Positions 10,237 through 17,703 of a stretch of 64,000 nt of DNA are shown here, piece after piece. Below the pieces are notes generated by a model. It did no database searches. It was not told the origin of the DNA and worked only from the letters and a program-made list of their open reading frames with translations. Position 1 is the stretch's first letter; each line of letters starts with the position of its first letter. The translations under genes and the position numbers were made by a program. Source of the DNA: Candidatus Sungiibacteriota bacterium (GTDB lineage: Bacteria > Patescibacteriota > Minisyncoccia > Sungbacterales > SURF-37); NCBI GenBank assembly GCA_016186145.1, contig JACPMF010000004.1, positions 345-64,344 on the forward strand, written 5' to 3'.

Positions 10237-11985
10237 ATGGGTGTCAAATCTGATGCGGAACAACTATTTTTCAAGCTTTCCAGCACGCTCCAAGAACAAG
10301 CGCGCGAACCGAAAGAAATCAAGTTAATCAGCAACGCATACAACTTTGCGGTTATTGCGCATGACGGGCAAAACAGAAAATCAGGAGAACCTTACATCAT
10401 CCACCCTCTCGCCGTGGCAAACCGTCTTGCCGCGATGCGTCTTGACGCGGAAACAATCGCCGCCGGGCTTTTGCATGACGTCTGCGAAGACACCGCGGCG
10501 ACAATTCAGGATATTCAAAAAGAGTTCGGCGAGAACATCGCGTTTCTCGTGGACGGCGTCACAAAGTTAGGACTCCTCCGGTACCGCGGCAGCGAGCGCG
10601 GCGCGGAAAACCTAAGGAAGATGTTCCTCGCCGTAGCCGAAGACATCCGCGTCGTACTGATTAAGCTCGCGGACCGGCTGCATAATATGGAAACCCTCGA
10701 ACATGTCGCTCTCGAAAAACAAAAACGCATAGCAATTGAAACTCTCGAAATTTATGCGCCGCTTGCATATCGCCTCGGGATCGGAGAATTTAAAGGGCGG
10801 CTCGAAGACCTCGCGTTTCCCCACATCTACCCGGAAGAACACCGCTGGCTGGTACACCACGTCCAGGAAACTTTTGAAGACCGCAAGTTATACACCGAAC
10901 GCCTCATTCCCCAAATCGGCAGCGAGCTTCGTGAAGAAAAACTGACCCCCCTCGACATTCACGCCCGCGCCAAGCACCACTACTCTCTCTATAAAAAACT
11001 GCTCGCCCACGATATGGACCTGGGAAAAGTTTATGACTTGGTCGCCGTGCGGATAATCGTCAAAAATATGGAGGATTGCTATCGCGCCCTCGGGGTCATA
11101 CACGCCCGTTGGAAACCCCTCCCCGGGCGCATCAAAGACTATATTGCGATGCCAAAGCCGAACGGTTATCGATCGCTTCATACCACCATCTTTGGCCCGG
11201 AAGGAAAGATCACCGAAATCCAAATTCGAACACCGGACATGCACGAAGAAGCTGAAAACGGCATTGTCGCGCACTGGGCATACAGCGAGGCAAAGGTAAG
11301 ACCGGAGTTCAAAAAACGTAACGGCGAAAACACGCGAAGCAAAAACCTTGCCTGGGTAAAACAGCTTCGGGAATGGCAAAAAGAATTCCAAAATCCGGAC
11401 GAATTTCTCGAGTCCCTGAAAATCGATTTTTTCAAAGACCGGATTTTTGTTTTCACGCCGAAAGGCGACGTCATTGACCTTCCCGAAGAATCGACGCCGA
11501 TTGATTTTGCATACCAAATCCACTCGACCATTGGAGGCACTGCGATTGGGGCGAAAGTAAACGGCAAAATCGCAGCCCTCGATTACCGGCTCTCTTCGGG
11601 CGACATGGTCGAAATACTTACCCAAAAAAACAAGATACCAAGTCGCGATTGGCTCGGATTCGTCAAAACCGCATCGGCCAGAAAAAAAATAGCGTCCATC
11701 CTCCGAAGGCGGCGGGAAGAAATTTCATTTTCACAAAAAAGCGGCACGGCCGTTGAACTTCGGCTGACCGCAAAAGACAGAATAGGGCTCCTAAAAGATG
11801 TCGCGCGCGTGATTGCCGACCACCGGATCAACATGAAAAACATTTCATCGGAAACAAAAAACCGCCTCTTTCCGGCGATCACGATCCAAATTACTCCGCG
11901 CTCAAAACAATCTCTTGAAAAGCTGCTGGTCCGCCTGAAAGCAATAAAAGGGGTAGAGGAAGTCGAGTATAAACTACTTAGTTAA
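10237..11985 (+). CDS. rel: bifunctional (p)ppGpp synthetase/hydrolase, RelA/SpoT family
   Basis: HD domain (HPLAVA...HDVCED), RelA/SpoT synthetase core (YRSLHTTI), TGS and C-terminal ACT (RLTAKDRIGLLKDVARVIADHRINM). Confidence 0.9.
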   Translation: MGVKSDAEQLFFKLSSTLQEQAREPKEIKLISNAYNFAVIAHDGQNRKSGEPYIIHPLAVANRLAAMRLDAETIAAGLLHDVCEDTAATIQDIQKEFGENIAFLVDGVTKLGLLRYRGSERGAENLRKMFLAVAEDIRVVLIKLADRLHNMETLEHVALEKQKRIAIETLEIYAPLAYRLGIGEFKGRLEDLAFPHIYPEEHRWLVHHVQETFEDRKLYTERLIPQIGSELREEKLTPLDIHARAKHHYSLYKKLLAHDMDLGKVYDLVAVRIIVKNMEDCYRALGVIHARWKPLPGRIKDYIAMPKPNGYRSLHTTIFGPEGKITEIQIRTPDMHEEAENGIVAHWAYSEAKVRPEFKKRNGENTRSKNLAWVKQLREWQKEFQNPDEFLESLKIDFFKDRIFVFTPKGDVIDLPEESTPIDFAYQIHSTIGGTAIGAKVNGKIAALDYRLSSGDMVEILTQKNKIPSRDWLGFVKTASARKKIASILRRRREEISFSQKSGTAVELRLTAKDRIGLLKDVARVIADHRINMKNISSETKNRLFPAITIQITPRSKQSLEKLLVRLKAIKGVEEVEYKLLS

Positions 11986-12043
11986 AACAAGCCGCATATA
12001 AAAATCTTTCATTAACGGCGATGTAACGAAAAAACCCGAACGA

Positions 12044-12206
12044 GCCATATCCTAAAATTTTCCATTGCAAAGATGTGAATACAAATTGACGAGCGAGCGA
12101 AACAAAATAACGGAAATTCGCTTATTTCGAATTTCCGTTATTCATTTTGTAAGGCTCGCGAGAATAATTTGCTCACATCGCTGCCTGGAAAATTTTAGGA
12201 TATGGC
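12044..12206. repeat. element bounded by 21-bp perfect inverted repeats (GCCATATCCTAAAATTTTCCA) with an internal 37-bp palindrome
   Basis: Inverted repeats at 12044-12064 and 12186-12206; inner palindrome aataacggaaattcgcttatttcgaatttccgttatt at 12106-12142. Lies between the convergent rel and parB genes. Confidence 0.55.
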
Positions 12207-12209
12207 GAG

Positions 12210-13328
12210 TCAGACTTCTCTGATAATCTTCCCGAGAATTGCCTGCAACTCTTCTTCCGAATAAAACTCAACGACTATTTTTCCGCGGGATCCGTCTTTT
12301 TGTAAAAGCACCTTGGTGCCAAGCGTTTCTTCAAGACGCGACTGCGCCACGCGTATTTCCGGGTCCATAAACATGGCATTCCGGCGCTTTGTAGGGCGGC
12401 GGGCGCCCAAGATGGCGCGAGTGGCAAGTTCTACATCCCGGACCGAAAGATTATTTGCTAGAGTCTCTTCAAAAAGCTTTGCCTGGTTTTCAGGAAGATC
12501 CTGAAGAGTCAAAAGCGCCCTTGCGTGACCTTCGGTTATGAGCCCGCCCCCCACCGCTTCTTGAATATTCCCGGGCAACGCCACCAAACGCACCGCATTT
12601 GCGACATATTCACGGGATTTACCAATACGCTCGCCCACCTGTTTATGGGTCAATTTGAATTCTTCAGAAAGCTGTTTGAACGCCTTGGCCCGTTCTATCG
12701 GATTAAGATCTTCGCGCTGAACATTTTCAATCAGAGCCAATTCCAACTTCTGCCGCTCCGGCGTCTGTCCGCGTTTGATTATGGAGGGAATCTCACGAAG
12801 CCCAGCCATAACTGACGCCCGCCATCTCCGCTCCCCAGCTATAATTTGATAGCGAACATCGAAGCCGCGCGGGGTTTCGAGCTCAACTTTCGATACCACA
12901 ATGGGCTGGAGTACGCCATGAACTTTTATTGAGTCAGCAAGGCTTTTTAGCGCCTCAATATCAAATTCCCGGCGCGGCTGAAAAGGATTTGGTTCTATTT
13001 TATCGATATCAATCCAGAAAACGCTCTCGCCTTTCGACCGGGCAAATTTCATTTCTTGATCGTAAGGGCCAACCGGAACCCCTGCCGGTATCTGTTGATT
13101 TAAAACTGGTTCTTGTTTAGGAAGAGTGTCGGCAACTGCAAAAACCGCGGGTTTTTGTTCTCCGGCCGGATCACCCGCATGCATAATTTTATAACTCGGC
13201 TCCAAAAGGTTTTCCTGCTCGCCAAGGACATCAAGCGGCTCTTTAATTACATAGCCGTTGAGTTCAGCACCCAATGGATTTAAATTGCCTTCAAAATTGT
13301 GTTGATTGTCGCTCGACATATCTACCAC
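12210..13328 (-). CDS. parB: ParB/Spo0J family partition protein
   Basis: ParB box (QPRREFD), GERRWRA, HTH; N-terminal extension of about 100 aa. Confidence 0.85.
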   Translation of the reverse strand: MVDMSSDNQHNFEGNLNPLGAELNGYVIKEPLDVLGEQENLLEPSYKIMHAGDPAGEQKPAVFAVADTLPKQEPVLNQQIPAGVPVGPYDQEMKFARSKGESVFWIDIDKIEPNPFQPRREFDIEALKSLADSIKVHGVLQPIVVSKVELETPRGFDVRYQIIAGERRWRASVMAGLREIPSIIKRGQTPERQKLELALIENVQREDLNPIERAKAFKQLSEEFKLTHKQVGERIGKSREYVANAVRLVALPGNIQEAVGGGLITEGHARALLTLQDLPENQAKLFEETLANNLSVRDVELATRAILGARRPTKRRNAMFMDPEIRVAQSRLEETLGTKVLLQKDGSRGKIVVEFYSEEELQAILGKIIREV

Positions 13329-13407
13329 AGCTTAAGATATTTTTTAAAAACGCGCAAGATGAGGTGTTGAAAACAGTAACTTTTTAATTTATAGTTGCAT
13401 GAGATCA

Positions 13408-13491
13408 GGGCATGTGGCGGAACTGGTTTACGCGCACGACTCAAAATCGTGTGGCCTCACGGCCGTGTGGGTTCGACTCCCACCATGCCCA
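13408..13491 (+). tRNA. tRNA-Leu (anticodon CAA)
   Basis: Hand-folded class II tRNA: acceptor GGGCATG/CATGCCC, anticodon loop CTCAAAA, long variable arm, T-arm GTGGG-TTCGACT-CCCAC; 84 nt. Confidence 0.8.
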
Positions 13492-14200
13492 TTTTGTACC
13501 CAAAACGAAACTAACATTTAAAGAATTCGAATGGACGCCGCAACTTGCTTATGTTGTAGGACTTTTAGTAACCGACGGTAATTTATCTAGTGACGGTCGA
13601 CATATAATAATGCGCTCGTCAGATGTAGAATTGTTGAACACTTTCAAAAATTGCCTTAATATCAATAACAGAATTGGAAGAACACAAAACGGCAAAACGA
13701 TTTCTTATAGAGTACAATTCGGAAGTATACAATTTTACAACTGGCTGAAGAAGATAGGACTATTCCCCGCAAAAAGTTACACGATCGGTGAAATAGATAT
13801 TCCAGATAAATTTTTTAGAGATTATCTTCGTGGATGTATAGACGGCGATGGCAATATTTGTACGTACAAAGATTTATATAACGTATATAAAGGAAGAAAA
13901 TACGTCACTCAGCGACTATTTATAAAAATTGTGTCTGCAAGTAAAAAACATATCGTTTGGCTTCGGAATAAAATTACTGCCCTTAACGGCAGTAACGGAG
14001 CAATAATTAAAGACAGCCCGGCAGATAAACAACGGGTTCCAATGTGGATACTGAAATTTGCCAAAAAGGAATCACTACGGCTTCTCAGTTGGATTTACTA
14101 TCAACCAGACATCCCTTGCCTTGAACGTAAACATATGACAGCTGTGTATGCCATCGAAGAGATTAGCAAACAAAAACGGCGTGTATATTCTAGAATATAA
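13492..14200 (+). CDS. LAGLIDADG homing endonuclease (double-motif), free-standing; start codon uncertain
   Basis: Motif 1 LAYVVGLLVTDGNL and motif 2 YLRGCIDGDGNI. The reading frame is open back into tRNA-Leu and there is no canonical start between the tRNA end and motif 1. Confidence 0.65.
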
Positions 14201-14260
14201 ACACTTGAAGGCAACCTCGTGAGAGTTCAACTCTCTCCCGCGGCATTACGAACCTACTTA

Positions 14261-14290
14261 AACCCCGGCAAAGGCCGGGGTTTAAAATTT
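14261..14290 (+). terminator. rho-independent terminator after the homing-endonuclease gene
   Basis: aaccccggcaaaggccggggtttaaaattt. Confidence 0.6.
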
Positions 14291-14587
14291 ACCCTTTTAA
14301 ACAGGTTTTGGGCAAACGCAATAAAATAATGGGCGCGTCTGGATTCGAACCAGAGTTCCCGGGTGTAGAACTGCGCAGCCGCTTCGCGGCTTGCTCGTTA
14401 CACCCGCGAAAAGTCACCGCACCATCCCGAACAAATTGAGGTTAGGGTGCGCGATCCCGTACTTCCGCGATACTGACTCTGTACCATTACGGGTCAGCAG
14501 TTCGGGAGATGCGGGATCTGCGCCAACTTCTCGCTCCCTCTGGTCGCGGAAGTTGCGGGACTATTTAAACGCTTTTCGCCCTTCTCA

Positions 14588-14706
14588 ATTCATCCCGTTG
14601 GATTTTATAAAAATGGGCACTGCAGGGATCGGACCTGCGGCCTTCACAATGTCAATGTGACGCTCTACCACTGAGCTAAGTGCCCTAGAAAATCTAACGG
14701 GATGTC
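14588..14706. repeat. 16-bp inverted repeat (CATCCCGTTgGATTTT / AAAATCTAACGGGATG) bracketing tRNA-Val; ends resemble the MITE terminal inverted repeats
   Basis: Left 14588-14603 and right 14691-14706; 15/16 matches; the left end is preceded by ATTCAT. Confidence 0.6.
14614..14685 (-). tRNA. tRNA-Val (anticodon GAC)
   Basis: GGGCACTTAGCTCAGTGGTAGAGCGTCACATTGACATTGTGAAGGCCGCAGGTCCGATCCCTGCAGTGCCCA; cloverleaf folds, but the T-loop is TCCGATC (C at position 55, unusual). Confidence 0.75.
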
Positions 14707-14865
14707 AACGAGACGCTCTAACCGGCCTCGGCTACGCGCCCTTAAAACGAATCGGACGATGCTGAACGACGTTAGAACCTACTTTCAGGGTATCAAAAAC
14801 TACGAAATGTTTCCAGATTTCAGCAGGATTTCAAAATAAAATCGGCTCTTTATGGAAGCCGATCT

Positions 14866-15456
14866 CTAACTTTCTGCTTTGGTAAGCAGTAATTGATAAG
14901 TTTCGCGACGATTGTCGTCGACTTTTCGGGGCAGGAACGGCAAGGCTTTTTCGTAAGTTTGTGCCAGGCTGCCATTTGCGTTCGAATACATCCGATCAAA
15001 TCTTTGGATAATCTCATGTGCAACGCTTTGAATAAGCGGCATCCGTGAAGAACGGTATCTGCTTCCGAATTTTGATGTCCACGCAGGCCCCTGCGTGTTT
15101 CTGATATTTTCCTTGAGTTTCGGGAAATCAGTTTCTCCCTCCATATTGATAAGGAGCGGTGCTTGTTCGTAGCAAAATGGCATTGAGGGTTGCCATCTGG
15201 CTTCCACGACATTTTCATGCACTAAAAGTTTAACTGAAGGGGAAAGATATACCAATCTCGTGCCTGCTTTTCCGCCTTGGGCAAAAGCGAAGCGACAACC
15301 TTCAATTTCACGGATCCTTTTTGGGTGCATGATATTCCTTCCATGGCAGCCAGTAAGCCCGAAGCTGCCAAATTCCCAAAATGGATCACGTCGCGTATCG
15401 TTCGGATCATTCAACCGCGGCCTTCTCAGGTGGATAAGTATGACCTTGTCTTTCAC
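14866..15456 (-). CDS. hypothetical protein
   Basis: 196-aa ORF (the longer of two overlapping frames); no recognisable motif. Confidence 0.4.
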   Translation of the reverse strand: MKDKVILIHLRRPRLNDPNDTRRDPFWEFGSFGLTGCHGRNIMHPKRIREIEGCRFAFAQGGKAGTRLVYLSPSVKLLVHENVVEARWQPSMPFCYEQAPLLINMEGETDFPKLKENIRNTQGPAWTSKFGSRYRSSRMPLIQSVAHEIIQRFDRMYSNANGSLAQTYEKALPFLPRKVDDNRRETYQLLLTKAES

Positions 15457-15609
15457 TTAAACCTCCACAATCACAATAAAGACCTGCCCGGATTCTATGG
15501 TGGACAGAGAGCGATTGTCAATATCACACACCCTGCCGCGTCATTCCTATTTCTGGATAGATTCTCTCACCTCTCTCACAAAAAACAGCCCCATAAAATA
15601 AGGCTGCTT

Positions 15610-15849
15610 TTATGACAAAAAATGTCTTTTCAAGAACGCCCTGCCGGAGCCTGATTTTAGATATTTTTCGAAATTGAAAGCAACATATTTATTTTGAAAA
15701 GCGAAATAAGAAATTAATTTGATCGGCAATCTATTTTTTGTGGCTGGAACTTGCGCTTTATTATGTCTTACGATTCTGTCTTTTAGATCAGAAGTACATC
15801 CAATATAAAATCTTCTATCACAACATTCTAAAATATAGACATAGTTCAT
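15610..15849 (-). CDS. GIY-YIG nuclease superfamily protein (small, UPF0213-like)
   Basis: YVYILECCDRRFYIGCTSDLKDRIVRHN matches the GIY-YIG core; terminator hairpin downstream. Confidence 0.7.
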   Translation of the reverse strand: MNYVYILECCDRRFYIGCTSDLKDRIVRHNKAQVPATKNRLPIKLISYFAFQNKYVAFNFEKYLKSGSGRAFLKRHFLS

Positions 15850-15927
15850 AATAACGGGTTTTACCTCGCCGAAGCCAAGCCGAGTCCCGCCTTCGTTTTG
15901 CGGAGCAAAACTTCGGCGAGGCGAAGG

Positions 15928-15998
15928 CGGGAGTGGCAGGAGTCGAACCTGCAGTCACGGTTTTGGAGACCGTTGGTTTGCCATTAACCGACACTCCC
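15928..15998 (-). tRNA. tRNA-Trp (anticodon CCA)
   Basis: GGGAGTG...ACGGT-CTCCAAA-ACCGT...GCAGG-TTCGACT-CCTGC-CACTCCC; immediately downstream of rpmG, a conserved arrangement. Confidence 0.85.
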
Positions 15999-16014
15999 AC
16001 AAAAAAACGAGAGA

Positions 16015-16200
16015 TCATTTTTTCGTTTCTTTGTGACCGGTGTGTTTTCTGCACCAATTGCAAAATTTCTTCAGCTCAATCTTTTTCTCGACCGTTTTCT
16101 TGTTCTTGCGCGACCAGTAATTAACGCGCTTGCACTTCGTGCATTGCAACTTTATTAAATTTGGTTGCGGCATATTTTTATCTCTTTCAGCTAAACGCAA
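16015..16200 (-). CDS. rpmG: 50S ribosomal protein L33
   Basis: 61 aa: KRVNYWSRKNKK...LELKKFCNWCRKHTGHKETK, the L33 signature. Confidence 0.85.
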   Translation of the reverse strand: MRLAERDKNMPQPNLIKLQCTKCKRVNYWSRKNKKTVEKKIELKKFCNWCRKHTGHKETKK

Positions 16201-16239
16201 AATTAAAAACTAAAATGCGAAACTGACTAAAAGAAATCC

Positions 16240-16479
16240 TTATCTAGTTCTTTTCAGGAGTTTTAAAAACTCTTTTACTGAAAATTTTGCTTGCTTCAAA
16301 ATTTCATTCAATAACCACCGGGGTATATCAGCATTGTGATAAGGAATCGTGGTTTGGCGAGTTACATCACGAAAGTGTTGCAAACGAATATGACTTCCGC
16401 CCTGTCTTACAATTTTAAATCCCGCCTTAAGCAGGACACGAAGCAACGCTCTTGAGCTTATCATCGGCAAAATGCTCAT
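16240..16479 (-). CDS. hicA: HicA-family toxin (mRNA interferase)
   Basis: 79 aa; GFKIVRQGGSHIRLQH motif; overlaps hicB by 4 bp. Confidence 0.7.
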   Translation of the reverse strand: MSILPMISSRALLRVLLKAGFKIVRQGGSHIRLQHFRDVTRQTTIPYHNADIPRWLLNEILKQAKFSVKEFLKLLKRTR

Positions 16480-16754
16480 GGAACTGGCGCAAACAACCTT
16501 GATTTTGGCAGTCTGCCTACCGCCTTTCTCGTTTCATCAACAACGATTTTTCCATCTTCTATCACGCAGTCGCAATAAATTTCTATAGCGTCCTTGGCCA
16601 TTTTTTTTGCTTCAGTAAGCGTTTTTCCAAACGTTGCTACTTCGGGAAGAGAAATTCCCTTCACAAGGTAAACTCCTTCTTTAGCATCACGCCAAATAAG
16701 CACCTTGTAAGTACCATTTCGCGTCTGGATGGTAAATTCCCTTTTATTTTTCAT
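16476..16754 (-). CDS. hicB: HicB-family antitoxin
   Basis: 92 aa, UPF0150-like N-terminal domain (YKVLIWRDAKEGVYLVKGISLPEVATFGKTLTEAKKMAKDAIE). Confidence 0.65.
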   Translation of the reverse strand: MKNKREFTIQTRNGTYKVLIWRDAKEGVYLVKGISLPEVATFGKTLTEAKKMAKDAIEIYCDCVIEDGKIVVDETRKAVGRLPKSRLFAPVP

Positions 16755-16856
16755 GTGTATACAATAACAAACCTTACCGGATTATTCAATCGTTCGTTCA
16801 TCTACAAACCGTGGGCTTATGATTTTGAGTCGGCAGGTTACACACTTACGTTTTTT

Positions 16857-16928
16857 AGCCTAGGGGGAGGATCGAACTCCCGACCTACTACTTACCATGC
16901 AGTTGCTCTACCACTGAGCTACCTAGGC
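16857..16928 (-). tRNA. tRNA-Thr (anticodon GGU)
   Basis: GCCTAGGTAGCTCAGTGGTAGAGCAACTGCATGGTAAGTAGTAGGTCGGGAGTTCGATCCTCCCCCTAGGC. Confidence 0.8.
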
Positions 16929-17505
16929 AATAATTCACAAGTATATTCCGAAGTTTTGTGTTATTAAAATAAACAGTCATAACACCATATTTTGTTTTCT
17001 CTCTGTAAGTTCCAATACTCCTAGCCGGAGTAATTGTTGGTTTCATAAACTGTTTTCTGCCAACACCTAATTGATTCTGCCAAAATACTATAGCATGATT
17101 TGGCTTAATATCGCTAAAAATTTGTAAGCCAAATTTTAATTTCGCCTTAGAAACACCACAGCATCTATGCAAAAACTTAATAAATATTTTAATTAGTGCT
17201 GGGTCTGTATTTCCAAGCCGTACCTGATTTTTACTCTTTTTACTTCCTTCACCCCAGTATAGTCCGACGCCGAGTCCAAATAATTTTGCATCTTCTAAGG
17301 TTGTGGGGATACGAATAATAAACGGGTCTCCCTTCGGATTATGCTTTATATACATTGCCTGAGAGATTGATCGTTTTTTAATTTTATGTTTCGCAAACCA
17401 GTAATTAACCTTGTGTTCTGAGCACTTAAGAAAAGAGGCGATTTCATGAACAGATTTTTTGTCGGCTTCATAAAGTTTTTTCAATTGTTTTGCCGGAAAC
17501 GACAT
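16888..17505 (-). CDS. LAGLIDADG-like homing endonuclease / HTH protein (single motif); 3-prime end overlaps tRNA-Thr by about 40 nt
   Basis: N-terminal HTH-like region, LFGLGVGLYWGEGSKK resembling a LAGLIDADG motif, and basic patches. Confidence 0.45.
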   Translation of the reverse strand: MSFPAKQLKKLYEADKKSVHEIASFLKCSEHKVNYWFAKHKIKKRSISQAMYIKHNPKGDPFIIRIPTTLEDAKLFGLGVGLYWGEGSKKSKNQVRLGNTDPALIKIFIKFLHRCCGVSKAKLKFGLQIFSDIKPNHAIVFWQNQLGVGRKQFMKPTITPARSIGTYREKTKYGVMTVYFNNTKLRNILVNYCLGSSVVEQLHGK

Positions 17506-17566
17506 TAACTTAATTATAAACCATACATTAAGGTGGTCAACAACAACCTTTAAAAGGTACTACTTA

Positions 17567-17650
17567 TGCCGAGGGTGGGATTTGAACCCACAAGTCCTTG
17601 CGGACACAGACTTCTAAGGCCTGCGCGTATTCCATTTCCGCCACCTCGGC
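17567..17650 (-). tRNA. tRNA-Leu (anticodon UAG)
   Basis: Class II tRNA GCCGAGGTGGCGGAAATGGAATACGCGCAGGCCTTAGAAGTCTG...GTGGGTTCAAATCCCACCCTCGGCA; 84 nt. Confidence 0.8.
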
Positions 17651-17703
17651 AAATTTCAACAGATACTTATACCATTCCGCCAGCCGCCCGCCGTAAACGA
17701 ATT

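Larger units (their letters stand above)
14329..14747 (-). pseudogene. disrupted tRNA-Val-like gene (outer halves) enclosing an intact tRNA-Val plus about 270 nt of insert
   Basis: Minus-strand 5-prime half GGGCGCGTAGCCGAGGCCGGTTAGAGCGTCTCGTTGACAT (14708-14747) is a diverged copy of the tRNA-Val 5-prime half, up to the GAC anticodon loop. A 3-prime fragment ...TCTGGTTCGAATCCAGACGCGCCCA (14329-14353) has an acceptor strand complementary to GGGCGCG. Confidence 0.4.

Noticed and set aside
12106-12142. 37-bp palindrome as a parS site
   Set aside because: The sequence aataacggaaattcg...cgaatttccgttatt does not resemble the TGTTNCACGTGAAACA parS consensus; more likely a terminator or operator hairpin.
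13412-13500. ATG at 13412 as the start of the LAGLIDADG ORF
   Set aside because: It lies inside tRNA-Leu(CAA), so the first about 27 codons would be encoded by the tRNA gene; treated as frame read-through, not the real start.
14391-14660. 89-aa plus-strand ORF
   Set aside because: It lies entirely within the tRNA-Val nest and overlaps the intact tRNA on the opposite strand; no coding signal.
14329-14747. tmRNA (ssrA) as an explanation for the tRNA-like ends
   Set aside because: The 5-prime piece has a full D-arm and anticodon arm (tmRNA lacks these), and no tag-peptide reading frame ending in ALAA-stop was found.
16755-16967. 70-aa plus-strand ORF
   Set aside because: Antisense to tRNA-Thr(GGU).
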